Source: Bacteroidia bacterium | Lineage (GTDB): Bacteria > Bacteroidota > Bacteroidia > NS11-12g > UBA9320 | Length of the DNA: 64,000 nt | NCBI GenBank assembly: GCA_028247315.1 | Contig: JAOKFZ010000002.1 | Location: 18,438 to 82,437 of the forward strand | Direction: 5' to 3' | In this document: piece by piece, positions 39,640 through 49,959 of the stretch | Numbering within the stretch: position 1 is the first letter of the stretch | How the letters are laid out: each line of letters begins with the position of its first letter | Notes under the pieces: model-generated | The model's input: the letters and a program-made list of their open reading frames with translations, nothing else | Told to the model about the DNA's origin: nothing | Database searches by the model: none | Translations under genes and position numbers: made by a program

Positions 39640-41688
39640 TTGCCACGTCAAAAACACATATTACTTTTATTTCTCCTGTTGGGTGCTCAACAACTTGTCT
39701 TAGGACAGAGTTATTTTGCGAATGGAGATGCACGGGCACTGGCGGGATCCACTTGTTATGAACTTACTTCTGCGACCAACTGGCAAAACGGTTCTGTTTG
39801 GTACACTGATAAGTTGGATCTATCCAAAGATTTTGATTTAGAATTTGAGTTGAATTTTGGGAATAAAGACGCAGGAGGAGCTGATGGTATTGTATTTGTA
39901 ATGCAAACCGTAGGAAATCAAGCCTTGGGCCTAGATGGTGGGGGGATTGGTTTTGAAGGCTTCTCTCCAAGTATAGGCATTGAGTTTGATGTTTGGCAAA
40001 ATGCGAATACGACGGATATCGCCAATGACCATATTGCTATCGTAAAGAATGGCAGTTTAAACCACACTGGTGTGAATTCAATATCCACTCCTGTTCCTGC
40101 TCTTATAGGTGGAGGCAATATAGAAGATGGACTAAATCATCAAGTAAGGATTACATGGGTAGCATCTTCAAACCTACTCGAAGTTTGGTTTGATTGTGAC
40201 AAGAGACAGAGCACCACGGTTGATATTCAGAATTCTATTTTTGGTGGACAGGATAAGGTGTTTTGGGGATTTACTTCCGCTACAGGAGGGTCTAACAATA
40301 GACAAGTCGCTTGCTTAAGAGATGACATTTTAGTTCAAGATACATTTACGTTGTGCAAAGGGGAGAGTATTTTACTCAATGCAAAAGAAAGTTTTAATGG
40401 TACTTATGCATGGACTCCTATAAATTTTTTGGATGACCCTACGAGTAGAACACCTGAATGTACGAGTGTAGTACCCCAGACCTACTTTGTAGCGTATAAT
40501 GATAGATGCAACAATACTTTTCGCGATACTGTACAGGTTACTATTGATGAGCCTTTTATCATGGATGAAGGGAAAGACACTCTGCTGTGCGATGGACGCT
40601 TATACGCATTTGACTTACGCAATGATTATGACAGTGTCTTGTGGAATAATGGACTGCGTGTAGCCCGTATTTCGTGGCAGACTGCCGGGTTCTACCAACT
40701 CAGAGCCTGGAAAGGAGTCTGTTATGACGATGATTCTTTCACTATTCGTACGGACGTTATTCCTACTATTGATATCAGTGGTGATACCCTGTTTTGTGAA
40801 GGTGAGCAAACCGAAGTGGGGTTAAATATAGCTCCTAGGAGTGCTTCTTTTGTGTGGCAAGACGCAAATAAGGATACCGTACGTATTTTTGATGAGACTG
40901 CAGCACTAGAAATTACTGCAGAGAACGATTGCGGTAACACAAAGGCTAATTACCATGTGCGAGAGATATTTCTGCCCCCATTGGATTTAGGTAAAGATTC
41001 GACGCTATGTGAGGGAGATACTATTGTACTTGCAGCTCCTATGCAGTCTAATTTAGTTTATAAATGGAGTACAGGAGCCGTGACTAATTCTGTATCGGTT
41101 ACGGATCCAGGAGAATATTCAGTGGTGATAAGTGAAGCAGATTTATGTTTTTATCGTGACACGGTTGGCCTTACTGGAATTCCCTTTCCCAGTATAGGGT
41201 TGGTTGAGGATGTTTTGCTTTGTAGAAACGAAGAAATAGTATTAACAGTAGATAATGAGTTTGGAGAGGTGCTATGGGATAATGCAATATCTAGCGAGCG
41301 TTTTTTATTGAAAAATAGAGAAGGAATCCTGAGTGTAAAATCTGTAAACCAATGCGGTGCAGATAGTACAAATTTATTTGTGAATCTTATTGACTGCTAC
41401 TGCCGTTTGTGGTTACCCAATGCCATTACCGTAAACAATGATAATCTGAATGAAACACTGCGTCCCACGTTAGATTGCCCAAAACTGAAGTCGTACAACC
41501 TGAAAGTTTACAATCGTTGGGGTGAGCAGTTGTGGGAGAGTAGCAATAAGAATGAAGAATGGGATGCCATCTACAAAGGTGAACCTGTGCAAGCGGGTGT
41601 CTACTTCTGGATCGTTAACTGGAGAGGTATAGTCAATGGCCAGTTGGAGCGATTTGATGACAAAGGAGTTCTTCATGTTATACGCTAG
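39640..41688 (+). CDS. L-type lectin domain protein with T9SS type B C-terminal domain (paralog of 35845-37257)
   Basis: GADGIVFVMQ, IEFD, FWGFTSATGG; Ig-like repeats (D..LC.G, WSTG); PNAIT.N.D..NE, VYNRWGE, GVYFW. Confidence 0.88.
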   Translation: MPRQKHILLLFLLLGAQQLVLGQSYFANGDARALAGSTCYELTSATNWQNGSVWYTDKLDLSKDFDLEFELNFGNKDAGGADGIVFVMQTVGNQALGLDGGGIGFEGFSPSIGIEFDVWQNANTTDIANDHIAIVKNGSLNHTGVNSISTPVPALIGGGNIEDGLNHQVRITWVASSNLLEVWFDCDKRQSTTVDIQNSIFGGQDKVFWGFTSATGGSNNRQVACLRDDILVQDTFTLCKGESILLNAKESFNGTYAWTPINFLDDPTSRTPECTSVVPQTYFVAYNDRCNNTFRDTVQVTIDEPFIMDEGKDTLLCDGRLYAFDLRNDYDSVLWNNGLRVARISWQTAGFYQLRAWKGVCYDDDSFTIRTDVIPTIDISGDTLFCEGEQTEVGLNIAPRSASFVWQDANKDTVRIFDETAALEITAENDCGNTKANYHVREIFLPPLDLGKDSTLCEGDTIVLAAPMQSNLVYKWSTGAVTNSVSVTDPGEYSVVISEADLCFYRDTVGLTGIPFPSIGLVEDVLLCRNEEIVLTVDNEFGEVLWDNAISSERFLLKNREGILSVKSVNQCGADSTNLFVNLIDCYCRLWLPNAITVNNDNLNETLRPTLDCPKLKSYNLKVYNRWGEQLWESSNKNEEWDAIYKGEPVQAGVYFWIVNWRGIVNGQLERFDDKGVLHVIR

Positions 41689-41924
41689 AGAGCTGTTTTA
41701 AGTTGCAAGGCGTAGTCTACCAGGCAATGTACTCATATACGTATTTCAAATCATCAAAGACGCCTAACTTACGCAGTACTTGCTTTACTCATACGAGCAT
41801 ACATTGTTTAAACTACTTTCTTTACTTACTTCGTGCCGTGCTTAGTCACCCATCTTAAATCTATTGGCAAAATGTATCATTTTGTCGCATAGCCAGTAAT
41901 GAAAACATAACTCGGTCTATTATC

Positions 41925-41962
41925 AAAAAAGGCCATTCTGTAGATACAGAATGGCCTTTTTT
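41925..41962. terminator. Bidirectional intrinsic terminator
   Basis: aaaaaaggccattctgta-ga-tacagaatggcctttttt between convergent genes. Confidence 0.85.
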
Positions 41963-41984
41963 ATTCACTATATGTATTGATGTT

Positions 41985-42206
41985 TTATTCTTCCTCAGAA
42001 GATTCTTCTTTAGCTGGAGCTTTCTTAGCAGCTGGCTTAGAGCTACCTTTTAATACTTCTGCTACATCACCAACTATAACACCAGATTCTTCTTTGAAAG
42101 GAGATTCTACTGTTATTTTAGTTTTTAGGCGTTTTATGGTTGCTACACGTACCTTAGCTACCGTTTTATTTTTTCTTCCTTTTCGTTCTAATCTTGTTAC
42201 TCCCAT
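41985..42206 (-). CDS. Small basic protein (MGVTRL.RK.R.NK type)
   Basis: ATG at 42206; TACTTTTG upstream on the minus strand; terminator directly downstream; Lys/Arg-rich N-terminus and acidic tail. Confidence 0.8.
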   Translation of the reverse strand: MGVTRLERKGRKNKTVAKVRVATIKRLKTKITVESPFKEESGVIVGDVAEVLKGSSKPAAKKAPAKEESSEEE

Positions 42207-42254
42207 TGCTAAAAATTTTTGCAAAAGTAATACATTTACACTTCTTTAAAGGAT

Positions 42255-42839
42255 ATGATAAGAAAATTTTTCAGTGATGGAATTCCATCGTTTTTTAATG
42301 ACTACGATACAGGTGCTCCGTTCACCAGATGTACCTTCTGTGACGGTGGGCTGGCCACTAAAAGTAAATATGCGATTGAGAAAATGATAAACCAAAACAT
42401 CGTACTACAAAGTAGGGAGATAGTTTACGAGTATGCTTTATGCTGGGACTGTGCCACAACTATGGGTAGCGAGATAAGTGATGATAGCAAGGAGGCTATA
42501 CAAGGGCTATATAATGAGCATAGGGAGACTGTAATGCGTAAGTTGGACTATCTTCATAGCACAGAGAAGTATAGCCTAGAAAGCTGGCTAGAGCGTTGCT
42601 CACTTACAGGCAAAGAAATAAGACTTTGTGGCGAGTTTTCTGTAAGTGGAATAGTAGAAGGAGGGAATCTCGTCTATGAGCAGTCGCCGATAGTGGTGTC
42701 TGACGAATTCATGTACAAACTGCAACAGGTTTTATCTAAAGAAACAAAAGAAGGCTTTGACGGGTTGCGAGATAAGATCATGGATGGCTCACCATCAATA
42801 GAAGACCTTGTTTTTGGACCTGTTCCTGGATTGATGTAA
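42255..42839 (+). CDS. Hypothetical protein with CxxC pairs (putative Zn-binding)
   Basis: RCTFCD, LCWDC, RCSLTG. Confidence 0.75.
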   Translation: MIRKFFSDGIPSFFNDYDTGAPFTRCTFCDGGLATKSKYAIEKMINQNIVLQSREIVYEYALCWDCATTMGSEISDDSKEAIQGLYNEHRETVMRKLDYLHSTEKYSLESWLERCSLTGKEIRLCGEFSVSGIVEGGNLVYEQSPIVVSDEFMYKLQQVLSKETKEGFDGLRDKIMDGSPSIEDLVFGPVPGLM

Positions 42840-42861
42840 GAATCTAAACTATGAAGCATAA

Positions 42862-42893
42862 AAAAAGCCTTGAACACATATTCAAGGCTTTTT
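42862..42893. terminator. Bidirectional intrinsic terminator
   Basis: aaaaagccttgaa-cacata-ttcaaggcttttt between convergent genes. Confidence 0.85.
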
Positions 42894-42910
42894 AAGATTA
42901 TTCAGATAAA

Positions 42911-44236
42911 TTAATCCGTGATAGTAATTTTCTTGGCAACAACAGAACTACCGGCTTTCACAGAATATATATACATACCTGCTGATAAGCCCAATATATT
43001 TAGATCCACTTTGTGCTCACCGCCTGAGTAGTATCCGTTTACTACTTCTTTTACCTTATTACCCAATAAGTCATATATTTCTATTGTTACGTCAGAGCCG
43101 TTTATTAAGTTAAAATCAGCCTTTAACGTTTCTGAACTGGATACTGGATTAGGATATACGCCAAATGTTACGTTGTCATTTAAATCCTCAGTACCAAGAG
43201 TGCTTGTAGTGATGTGAAAGGCGTAATTTACATATCTGTCATCGAAGTAGGCATTACCCGCAACACTATTCCGCCAACCATTTTGATTCCCACCAACAGC
43301 TATAGTGTTTGGTACCCACCAAGAATTGTTGATATACTTTGTCTGTTTCACCTGCACAGAAGAGTTCGAAAAAAAGGAGTGACCAAAGTAGTTTAATTTG
43401 TTTGTTATTTCAGCACCATTTCTAGCTTCCATAGTGTCTCCAAAGTCATAATCTAACATGGTTTTGTACGATATACTGAAACCAACTGCATTTGTAAATG
43501 CGAGAGCTTCTGTAGCTGCATCAGAATCAATGTCAAACCCCATTGGTAAAGCTACTACACGGTTTCTAGACCCCCAACCTTCTGCAGATGGTCTAGCTGT
43601 ACTGTCTACTCCTCTTAGAGGAATTTTAATCTCATAAGAGGTATTGTTAGAACCCAGTAGAGATGGAGTCCAGTTGTCTGGCTTCATGTACAATTCTGGA
43701 TCTTCATTTGTTGGAGTAAAAGAACTACTTTCAAGGTTTTCGGATTTAAAGAATTGTACAATTAATGTGTCTACAACTTCTGTCATGCTTCCTGCTACAT
43801 CCATCGAGTCTACATATCTCACATACAAATATGGGAAGTAAAGCGAATCTACCGTGTACTCGTTGTATCTAGACAGTCTAACGTTATCATCAGACAACTC
43901 AATATTTTCGTCGTTAGGAGTGAATGCCGCTCCTACTGAAGTCCAAGTATTAAATCTAGCGGTACCCTCGGCAGAAATGAATTGTACTGTTGAGTCTTGA
44001 AATAGGAAATTTACATATCGGTCTAAACTTGCAAGTTGCTCTATAGCATCTACCGGAAACTTCCAGTTGCTATAGTTTGCTTTCATTTTGGCGTTGCTTT
44101 TTACCTGAACATCAGTTACGATTTCCGTCCCCAATATTCCTTTTGCTCTTACTTCACTCTGAGCTTTAGCTTGGAGTGAGAAGCCAGCAACTATCAGACT
44201 TACTAGTGCGATTTTTTGTAATTGTTTTTTCATCAT
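42911..44236 (-). CDS. T9SS type A sorting domain-containing secreted protein
   Basis: Signal peptide ending AKA-Q; C-terminal VYPNP...IYDLLG...GMYIY...KKI. Confidence 0.88.
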   Translation of the reverse strand: MMKKQLQKIALVSLIVAGFSLQAKAQSEVRAKGILGTEIVTDVQVKSNAKMKANYSNWKFPVDAIEQLASLDRYVNFLFQDSTVQFISAEGTARFNTWTSVGAAFTPNDENIELSDDNVRLSRYNEYTVDSLYFPYLYVRYVDSMDVAGSMTEVVDTLIVQFFKSENLESSSFTPTNEDPELYMKPDNWTPSLLGSNNTSYEIKIPLRGVDSTARPSAEGWGSRNRVVALPMGFDIDSDAATEALAFTNAVGFSISYKTMLDYDFGDTMEARNGAEITNKLNYFGHSFFSNSSVQVKQTKYINNSWWVPNTIAVGGNQNGWRNSVAGNAYFDDRYVNYAFHITTSTLGTEDLNDNVTFGVYPNPVSSSETLKADFNLINGSDVTIEIYDLLGNKVKEVVNGYYSGGEHKVDLNILGLSAGMYIYSVKAGSSVVAKKITITD

Positions 44237-44333
44237 GTTATTTGATATTAGATTAATATTTTTCAAAAATAATTGTTTCTTCAAACTTACGATAGATAAA
44301 GTTAACTTATTGTCAGTCTTTGGTAAGAAAATG

Positions 44334-45011
44334 TCACGTTATGTCACCATCCATTGGCCTTACTAGAATTTCTTCCATTACCGTAGTGTCGGGCAATTGA
44401 TAGGCGGCCCATATTAGTTGAGCAACGGATTGTGGATCGCTAAAACGCTTTTTTGGTAAATCCGTGCCTGCCCAAGAATTGGTAAGGGTAGCTCCGGGCA
44501 TTACTGCACTTACCTTTATTTTATCCTGTTTTAGCTCCTCTCTCAGTACCTTTGTAAATCCTAGTTGTGCGTATTTACTGATACAATACGACCCGCCATT
44601 CATGTATGGCGTGATACTGGCTGTAGAGCATATGTTGAATATATAGGGTTTGTTTGACGTCCTCACATGCTCTATAGTGGCACGTGTAAGGTGATAAGTG
44701 CTAGCTAAATTGGTGTTTATTTGTGTTTCAAAGCAGCCATCTTCTTCGTCAATTAGGCTGCCTGGTATGAAAACACCCACATTGTTTACCAATACATCGA
44801 TTGTATTCACTTGGCCCTTTACAAAGCTCGCAAATGCCAATACACCTTCTTTGGTAGAAAGATCCGCAATGCACTGAACTAAGTTTTCATGTACAAAGTC
44901 TATGGCCTCGTTACGAGCAGATATAAATACCTTAAAATCTTGGCTTAGGAATAATTCTGCAATTGCTCTTCCTATTCCTTTTGTTCCTCCGCTTACTACT
45001 GCTACCCTCAT
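44334..45011 (-). CDS. SDR family oxidoreductase
   Basis: SGGTKGIG, LVNNVG, YCISK. Confidence 0.92.
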   Translation of the reverse strand: MRVAVVSGGTKGIGRAIAELFLSQDFKVFISARNEAIDFVHENLVQCIADLSTKEGVLAFASFVKGQVNTIDVLVNNVGVFIPGSLIDEEDGCFETQINTNLASTYHLTRATIEHVRTSNKPYIFNICSTASITPYMNGGSYCISKYAQLGFTKVLREELKQDKIKVSAVMPGATLTNSWAGTDLPKKRFSDPQSVAQLIWAAYQLPDTTVMEEILVRPMDGDIT

Positions 45012-45141
45012 TTTGGTTGTGTTCTTACTACAAATGTAGGTGCTATTTGTGTTTCTTTAGTTGGTTTTACATCGAGTTATAGACAAGCTGTGGACTTTTT
45101 ATTTAGTGCAGAAATTTGAAGACATTATCTTTACACCCGAT

Positions 45142-45879
45142 ATGTCGTTTTTCTATCATTTCGGAAAATACCTACTCTTTCTCAAAGGTATGTTTAGCAA
45201 GCCAGAGAAATTGAGTGTTTATATAGACCGTACTATTACAGAGATGAATAATATAGGAGTTGGTTCTCTTGCTATTGTTGTTATTATAGCAATTTTCCAA
45301 GGTGCGGTTACTACGTTACAAATTGCGTATCAGCTTATTTCTCCGCTCATATCTAAGCCAGTAATTGGCAGTATTGTAAGCGATAGTAGTATGCTAGAAC
45401 TAGCACCGACTATTACGTGTCTTGTTTTAGCTGGCAAAGTGGGTTCTCATATTGCTTCAGAAATCGGAACAATGCGTGTAAGTGAGCAGGTTGATGCTTT
45501 AGAAGTCATGGGTATAAACTCGAGTGGTTACCTAGCACTACCCAAGATAGTTGGTGGTCTTGTTATGATTCCTCTTCTGGTAGTTATTTCTATTTTTTTA
45601 AGTAACCTAGGTGGGATTATTGCAGGAGAAGCTTCTGGGATTCTTACATCCGAAGAATATTTGCAAGGAGCAAGAGAATCGTTTTTACCCTACAACTTGT
45701 TCTTTGCACTTGTAAAAGCTTTTACGTATGCTTTTATTATTACTTCGGTATCTGCTTTTCAAGGATATACCACCAATGGTGGTGCTTTAGAGGTTGGGGC
45801 TAGTAGTACCAAAGCAGTTGTTTATAGTGCGGTGGCCATATTGTTTTCAGATTATCTATTGGCTCAGTTAATGTTATGA
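45142..45879 (+). CDS. mlaE: MlaE family ABC permease
   Basis: ELAP...AGKVGS.IASEIGTMRVSEQVDALEVMG; GGALEVG..ST.AVV. Confidence 0.92.
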   Translation: MSFFYHFGKYLLFLKGMFSKPEKLSVYIDRTITEMNNIGVGSLAIVVIIAIFQGAVTTLQIAYQLISPLISKPVIGSIVSDSSMLELAPTITCLVLAGKVGSHIASEIGTMRVSEQVDALEVMGINSSGYLALPKIVGGLVMIPLLVVISIFLSNLGGIIAGEASGILTSEEYLQGARESFLPYNLFFALVKAFTYAFIITSVSAFQGYTTNGGALEVGASSTKAVVYSAVAILFSDYLLAQLML

Positions 45880-46607
45880 TAGAATTAAGAGATGTAAGAA
45901 AGTCGTTTGAAGGGGTAGAGGTACTCCAAGGTATAACTACTAAGTTTGAAACAGGAAAGGTAAATCTAGTAATAGGTAGTAGTGGTCACGGTAAGAGTGT
46001 CATGATGAAGTGTATGGTAGGCCTTCTGAATCCTACAAGTGGCAATGTATTCTATGATGATCGCGACTTTACAAATTTAGAATACAATAAGCTTCGTGAA
46101 GTACGAAAGGAGATAGGAATGCTTTTTCAAGGTACTGCATTGTTTGACTCACTAACTGTAGAAGAAAATGTAGAATTCACGCTTAAAATGTTTACTAACA
46201 TGACTAAGGCAGAACGTAGAGATCGTGTTAATTTTTGCCTGGAGCAGGTAGATATGATTGGTATCAACAGCAAGTTTCCAGCAGAGATAAGTGGAGGAAT
46301 GAAAAAGAGGGTAGGTATAGCCAGAGCAATCGCTTTGGACATTAAATACCTTTTTTGTGATGAGCCCAATTCCGGTCTAGATCCAGTAACAAGTAGGCTT
46401 ATAGATGAGCTACTAAAACAAATTACCGAAGAATTTAATATAACAACTATAATAAATACTCACGATATGAAAACCGTGTTTGATATTGGTGATGATGTAA
46501 TATTTATACACAAGGGGGTGAATGAATGGAGCGGAAAAGTCAACGATATTAAGGATAGCGGTAACGAGATGCTTACAAATTTTATCAAAGCCTCATTTTT
46601 CGATTAG
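45876..46607 (+). CDS. mlaF: MlaF-like ABC ATP-binding protein
   Basis: GSSGHGKS, LFQG.ALFDS, SGGMKKRV, DEPNSGLDP. Confidence 0.9.
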   Translation: MIELRDVRKSFEGVEVLQGITTKFETGKVNLVIGSSGHGKSVMMKCMVGLLNPTSGNVFYDDRDFTNLEYNKLREVRKEIGMLFQGTALFDSLTVEENVEFTLKMFTNMTKAERRDRVNFCLEQVDMIGINSKFPAEISGGMKKRVGIARAIALDIKYLFCDEPNSGLDPVTSRLIDELLKQITEEFNITTIINTHDMKTVFDIGDDVIFIHKGVNEWSGKVNDIKDSGNEMLTNFIKASFFD

Positions 46608-46641
46608 AAACAAATTTACAACAACTCTTTAGCTGAATAAT

Positions 46642-48759
46642 ATGAAAAAAATAGTCCTTTTAATGCTCCTATCTGGCTCACTGTTCTCGTTTATTAATAT
46701 GGTGGATGAAGAGGGAATATTCCCGATGAGTGATCTTTCTAAACTTGACTTGAAAAAAGCGGGATTAGAGATTCATGTAAATGACATTTACAATGAGTCC
46801 AGACCTGCCTTGGTAAATGCACTAGTGAGACTCGGAGGATGTACTGGTTCTTTTATTTCAGAGACGGGACTTATCATTACAAACCATCATTGTGTGTTTA
46901 GTCAAGTAGCTGCTGCCAGTAGCTCAGAAAACAACTACTTAGAGAACGGTTTCTATGCTAAGGATCAATCTAAGGAGATAAAAACGACTTTACCTTGTAA
47001 GATTACTCAGTCATACTTTGATGTTTCTGCTCTAGTATTGGCAGGTACCAAAGATGATATGGACGCACTAGAACGTAAAAAGACCATAAAAAATAACATT
47101 GCCAAGATAGAAGAACAAGAGCAAAAAAAATATACCAATCTTACAGTAGAAATTTCTGAAATGTTGGTGGGCAAGAAGTATACATTGTTCAGATACAAAA
47201 CCTTAAATGATGTAAGACTTGTTTATGTACCTCCTAAGAATATAGGTAAATTTGGTGGAGAAACAGACAATTGGGAGTGGCCCAGACACAATGCAGACTT
47301 CTCTGTAGTGCGTGCTTATGAAAACGGAGTGCCTTACACACCTGAATCTCACTTAGAAGTAAACCCAAAAGGAACGCAAGAAGGAGACTTTACCTTTATA
47401 CTGGGCTATCCCGGTAGAACATATCGCAATCAAACAGCGGAGTTCTTAGACTATCAGAACAACTATGTATTACCTATCATTTCAAATTGGTTTGATTATA
47501 GAATAGAGGCTACAAAAAAATTCATAGGAGATGATGTGGATTTGCAGCTGGCTTATAGTGGTCGAATAGCTAGTCTGAGTAATACTACCAAGAACTTTAA
47601 GGGCAAAATGCAAGGATTGCAGCGTACAGATGTTATTATGCAAACCTACAAGGATCAGAACAAGTTGCGAGAGTATGCAGAGAGTAATCCTAAGTTAAGC
47701 TCGTATGTGTCTCTATTCGATAAGAATAAAGAACTGTACAAACGCAAGTTTGAGCTCAGTACCGACTACTTGTACCTCAATCAACTCTATGGTAACGGAA
47801 TATTTGCGGGTGTAGCATACACCGCGTTGTATGCAGAGAGAGCAATGGCATCTCAAGATAAAAATGCGTACATAGAAGAGAATAAAGGAACGATACTAAA
47901 AACGCTAGGTAGCTACAGAGGTGTTGTCAATCGTGCGTCGTTGGAGAAGGAACTTTTTATGGAGTTGTTTTATCGTTTGTCTCAAAGTAAACTGCAAGAA
48001 GTAAGAGAAATATTCTATTCAAATACAATAGGGCAAGATAAGGTAGAAATTAAAGCGAATGCAGGGAAACTATGGGAGAGTTCAAAATTGTATGACGTAG
48101 CCAAAGCAACCCGTACAATGAACAGTAACCTCTCCAAGCATTTGAAAACAAAAGGAGATTTAGTGACTATTGCATCTAAAGTGAATAAACTATTTGGTGA
48201 TATGCGAGTGGAAATGAACCAGATTAACGCTGAGATTGATGAGATCATACCCCGTTTCAATGATTTAGAATTGAATCTAAATGGAGGTGAATTTGTTCCA
48301 GATGCTAACGGTACTTTGCGTTTCACTTATGGATATATCAAAGGCTATGAGCCAGAAGATGGTGTGATTATGAGTCCTTTTACCACTATAAAAGGAATTC
48401 TTGAGAAAGCAGAAGGTACTGATAATCCGGACTATTTCTTGCAACAGGAGTACATAGACAAGATGAAAGAAATAGAGCCTGCAGATGTCCTCAAACATCC
48501 TAAGAATGGGGAGGTAGTAGTAGGTTTATTGTACAATATGGATACCACTGGCGGCAATAGTGGCAGTCCTATAATGGACAGTAAAGGTAGAATAGTTGGT
48601 GTTAACTTTGACAGAGCATATACAGCAACAATAAATGACTATGCTTGGAATGAGAGCTATAGCCGAAGCATTGGTGTAGATATTCGCTATGTACTATATG
48701 TAATGAAGTATTTTGGTGAAGCAGATGATGTACTTGCAGAAATGGGAGTAGAGCTATAA
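46642..48759 (+). CDS. S46 family dipeptidyl peptidase, DPP11-like
   Basis: GGCTGSF...TNHHC, NWEWPRH, DTTGGNSGSP; NFDR with Arg at the S1 position as in Asp/Glu-specific DPP11. Confidence 0.92.
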   Translation: MKKIVLLMLLSGSLFSFINMVDEEGIFPMSDLSKLDLKKAGLEIHVNDIYNESRPALVNALVRLGGCTGSFISETGLIITNHHCVFSQVAAASSSENNYLENGFYAKDQSKEIKTTLPCKITQSYFDVSALVLAGTKDDMDALERKKTIKNNIAKIEEQEQKKYTNLTVEISEMLVGKKYTLFRYKTLNDVRLVYVPPKNIGKFGGETDNWEWPRHNADFSVVRAYENGVPYTPESHLEVNPKGTQEGDFTFILGYPGRTYRNQTAEFLDYQNNYVLPIISNWFDYRIEATKKFIGDDVDLQLAYSGRIASLSNTTKNFKGKMQGLQRTDVIMQTYKDQNKLREYAESNPKLSSYVSLFDKNKELYKRKFELSTDYLYLNQLYGNGIFAGVAYTALYAERAMASQDKNAYIEENKGTILKTLGSYRGVVNRASLEKELFMELFYRLSQSKLQEVREIFYSNTIGQDKVEIKANAGKLWESSKLYDVAKATRTMNSNLSKHLKTKGDLVTIASKVNKLFGDMRVEMNQINAEIDEIIPRFNDLELNLNGGEFVPDANGTLRFTYGYIKGYEPEDGVIMSPFTTIKGILEKAEGTDNPDYFLQQEYIDKMKEIEPADVLKHPKNGEVVVGLLYNMDTTGGNSGSPIMDSKGRIVGVNFDRAYTATINDYAWNESYSRSIGVDIRYVLYVMKYFGEADDVLAEMGVEL

Positions 48760-49104
48760 ATTATTCTAAAACAACTGTTTAAGATGGTTGTAATATCCGT
48801 AGCGGTTAGAATATATGAGAATCATTTGGCAAAATTATTAGTGTGACCACTATTTTTATGCAGGTCAACAAGATGGCGAGATAGATTGTGGCTCTAGGTA
48901 GAATGGAGTATCATCCGTATTTAAAGTCGACTGTATGTAATAGAGACTCTATTTTGGTTTAGACGGCTATATTTCGTATTGTTTTTAAGCGAAACATAGT
49001 GATCCAGTAATTTCTTTTCTCAAGTAACTGCACCCTTCTTTTTGGTGGAGTAGAGTAGCATGCGACAAGATAGGAATTCTAGTTGTCCTATGACACAGTG
49101 AGTG

Positions 49105-49905
49105 TTATCTGAGTACTTCGTTGCTAACTCCTGTAGTGCTAAATCCTCCGTCGTGAAATAAGTTCTGCATGGTAACCATTTTCGTGTAGTCAGAAAACAA
49201 CGATATGCAATAGTCTGCACAGGCATTTGCATCTGCATTACCCAATGGACTCATTTTAGCAGCGTAGCTTATAAAATCGTCAAATCCCTTTACTCCACTA
49301 CCTGCAGTAGTTACCGTAGGAGATTGAGATATGGTATTGACACGTACTTTAGATTTTTTACCATAGTGGTAGCCAAAGTTACGAGCTATACTCTCTAGTA
49401 TTGCTTTACTTTCTGCCATTTCGCTGTAGTCTGGGAATACGCGTTGTGCAGCTATGTATGTTAGTCCTAGTACAGATCCCCAATCCTTAATGGCATCTGC
49501 TTGATAAGCAGCTTGCAGCATTTTATGGAAAGACAATGCAGATATATCATACGTCTTGTGCGTCCAATCGTATTTTAGATTGGTGTATTCTCTTCCTTTT
49601 CGTACGTTTAAACTCATTCCTATACTGTGCAACATGAAATCAAATTGACCTCCGAAATGATCCATTGATTTGGCTATTAAGTCTACAACTTGGTCATTAT
49701 CTGTTACATCACATGGTATTATTGGTGCATTCAGTTTTTCAGAAAGATCACTAATAGCTCCCATTCGCATAGCTATTGGTGCATTAGTAAGTACTATCTC
49801 AGCACCCTGTTCTACACACTTCTCGGCTACTTTCCAAGCAATAGAATTGCTGTCTAATGCTCCCGAGATAATTCCTTTTTTCCCTTTTAAAAGATTGTTT
49901 GACAT
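49105..49905 (-). CDS. fabI: Enoyl-ACP reductase
   Basis: LLKGKKGII.GAL...SIAW, LHSIGMS, Y..M..SK, NLFHDGG. Confidence 0.93.
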   Translation of the reverse strand: MSNNLLKGKKGIISGALDSNSIAWKVAEKCVEQGAEIVLTNAPIAMRMGAISDLSEKLNAPIIPCDVTDNDQVVDLIAKSMDHFGGQFDFMLHSIGMSLNVRKGREYTNLKYDWTHKTYDISALSFHKMLQAAYQADAIKDWGSVLGLTYIAAQRVFPDYSEMAESKAILESIARNFGYHYGKKSKVRVNTISQSPTVTTAGSGVKGFDDFISYAAKMSPLGNADANACADYCISLFSDYTKMVTMQNLFHDGGFSTTGVSNEVLR

Positions 49906-49959
49906 AAATGTTTCTTTTGACTTTGCAATGTTAGAAAAATAAAACATTTTTGACCGATA

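Noticed and set aside
41689..41924. Gap after the second lectin gene
   Set aside because: Only a short protein-like fragment on the minus strand (QVLRKLGVFDDLKYVYEYIAW) with no start or family assignment.
48760..49104. 345-bp gap between the S46 peptidase and fabI as a gene or ncRNA
   Set aside because: Only short broken frames, no clear hairpin or family motif; a possible remnant but unsupported.
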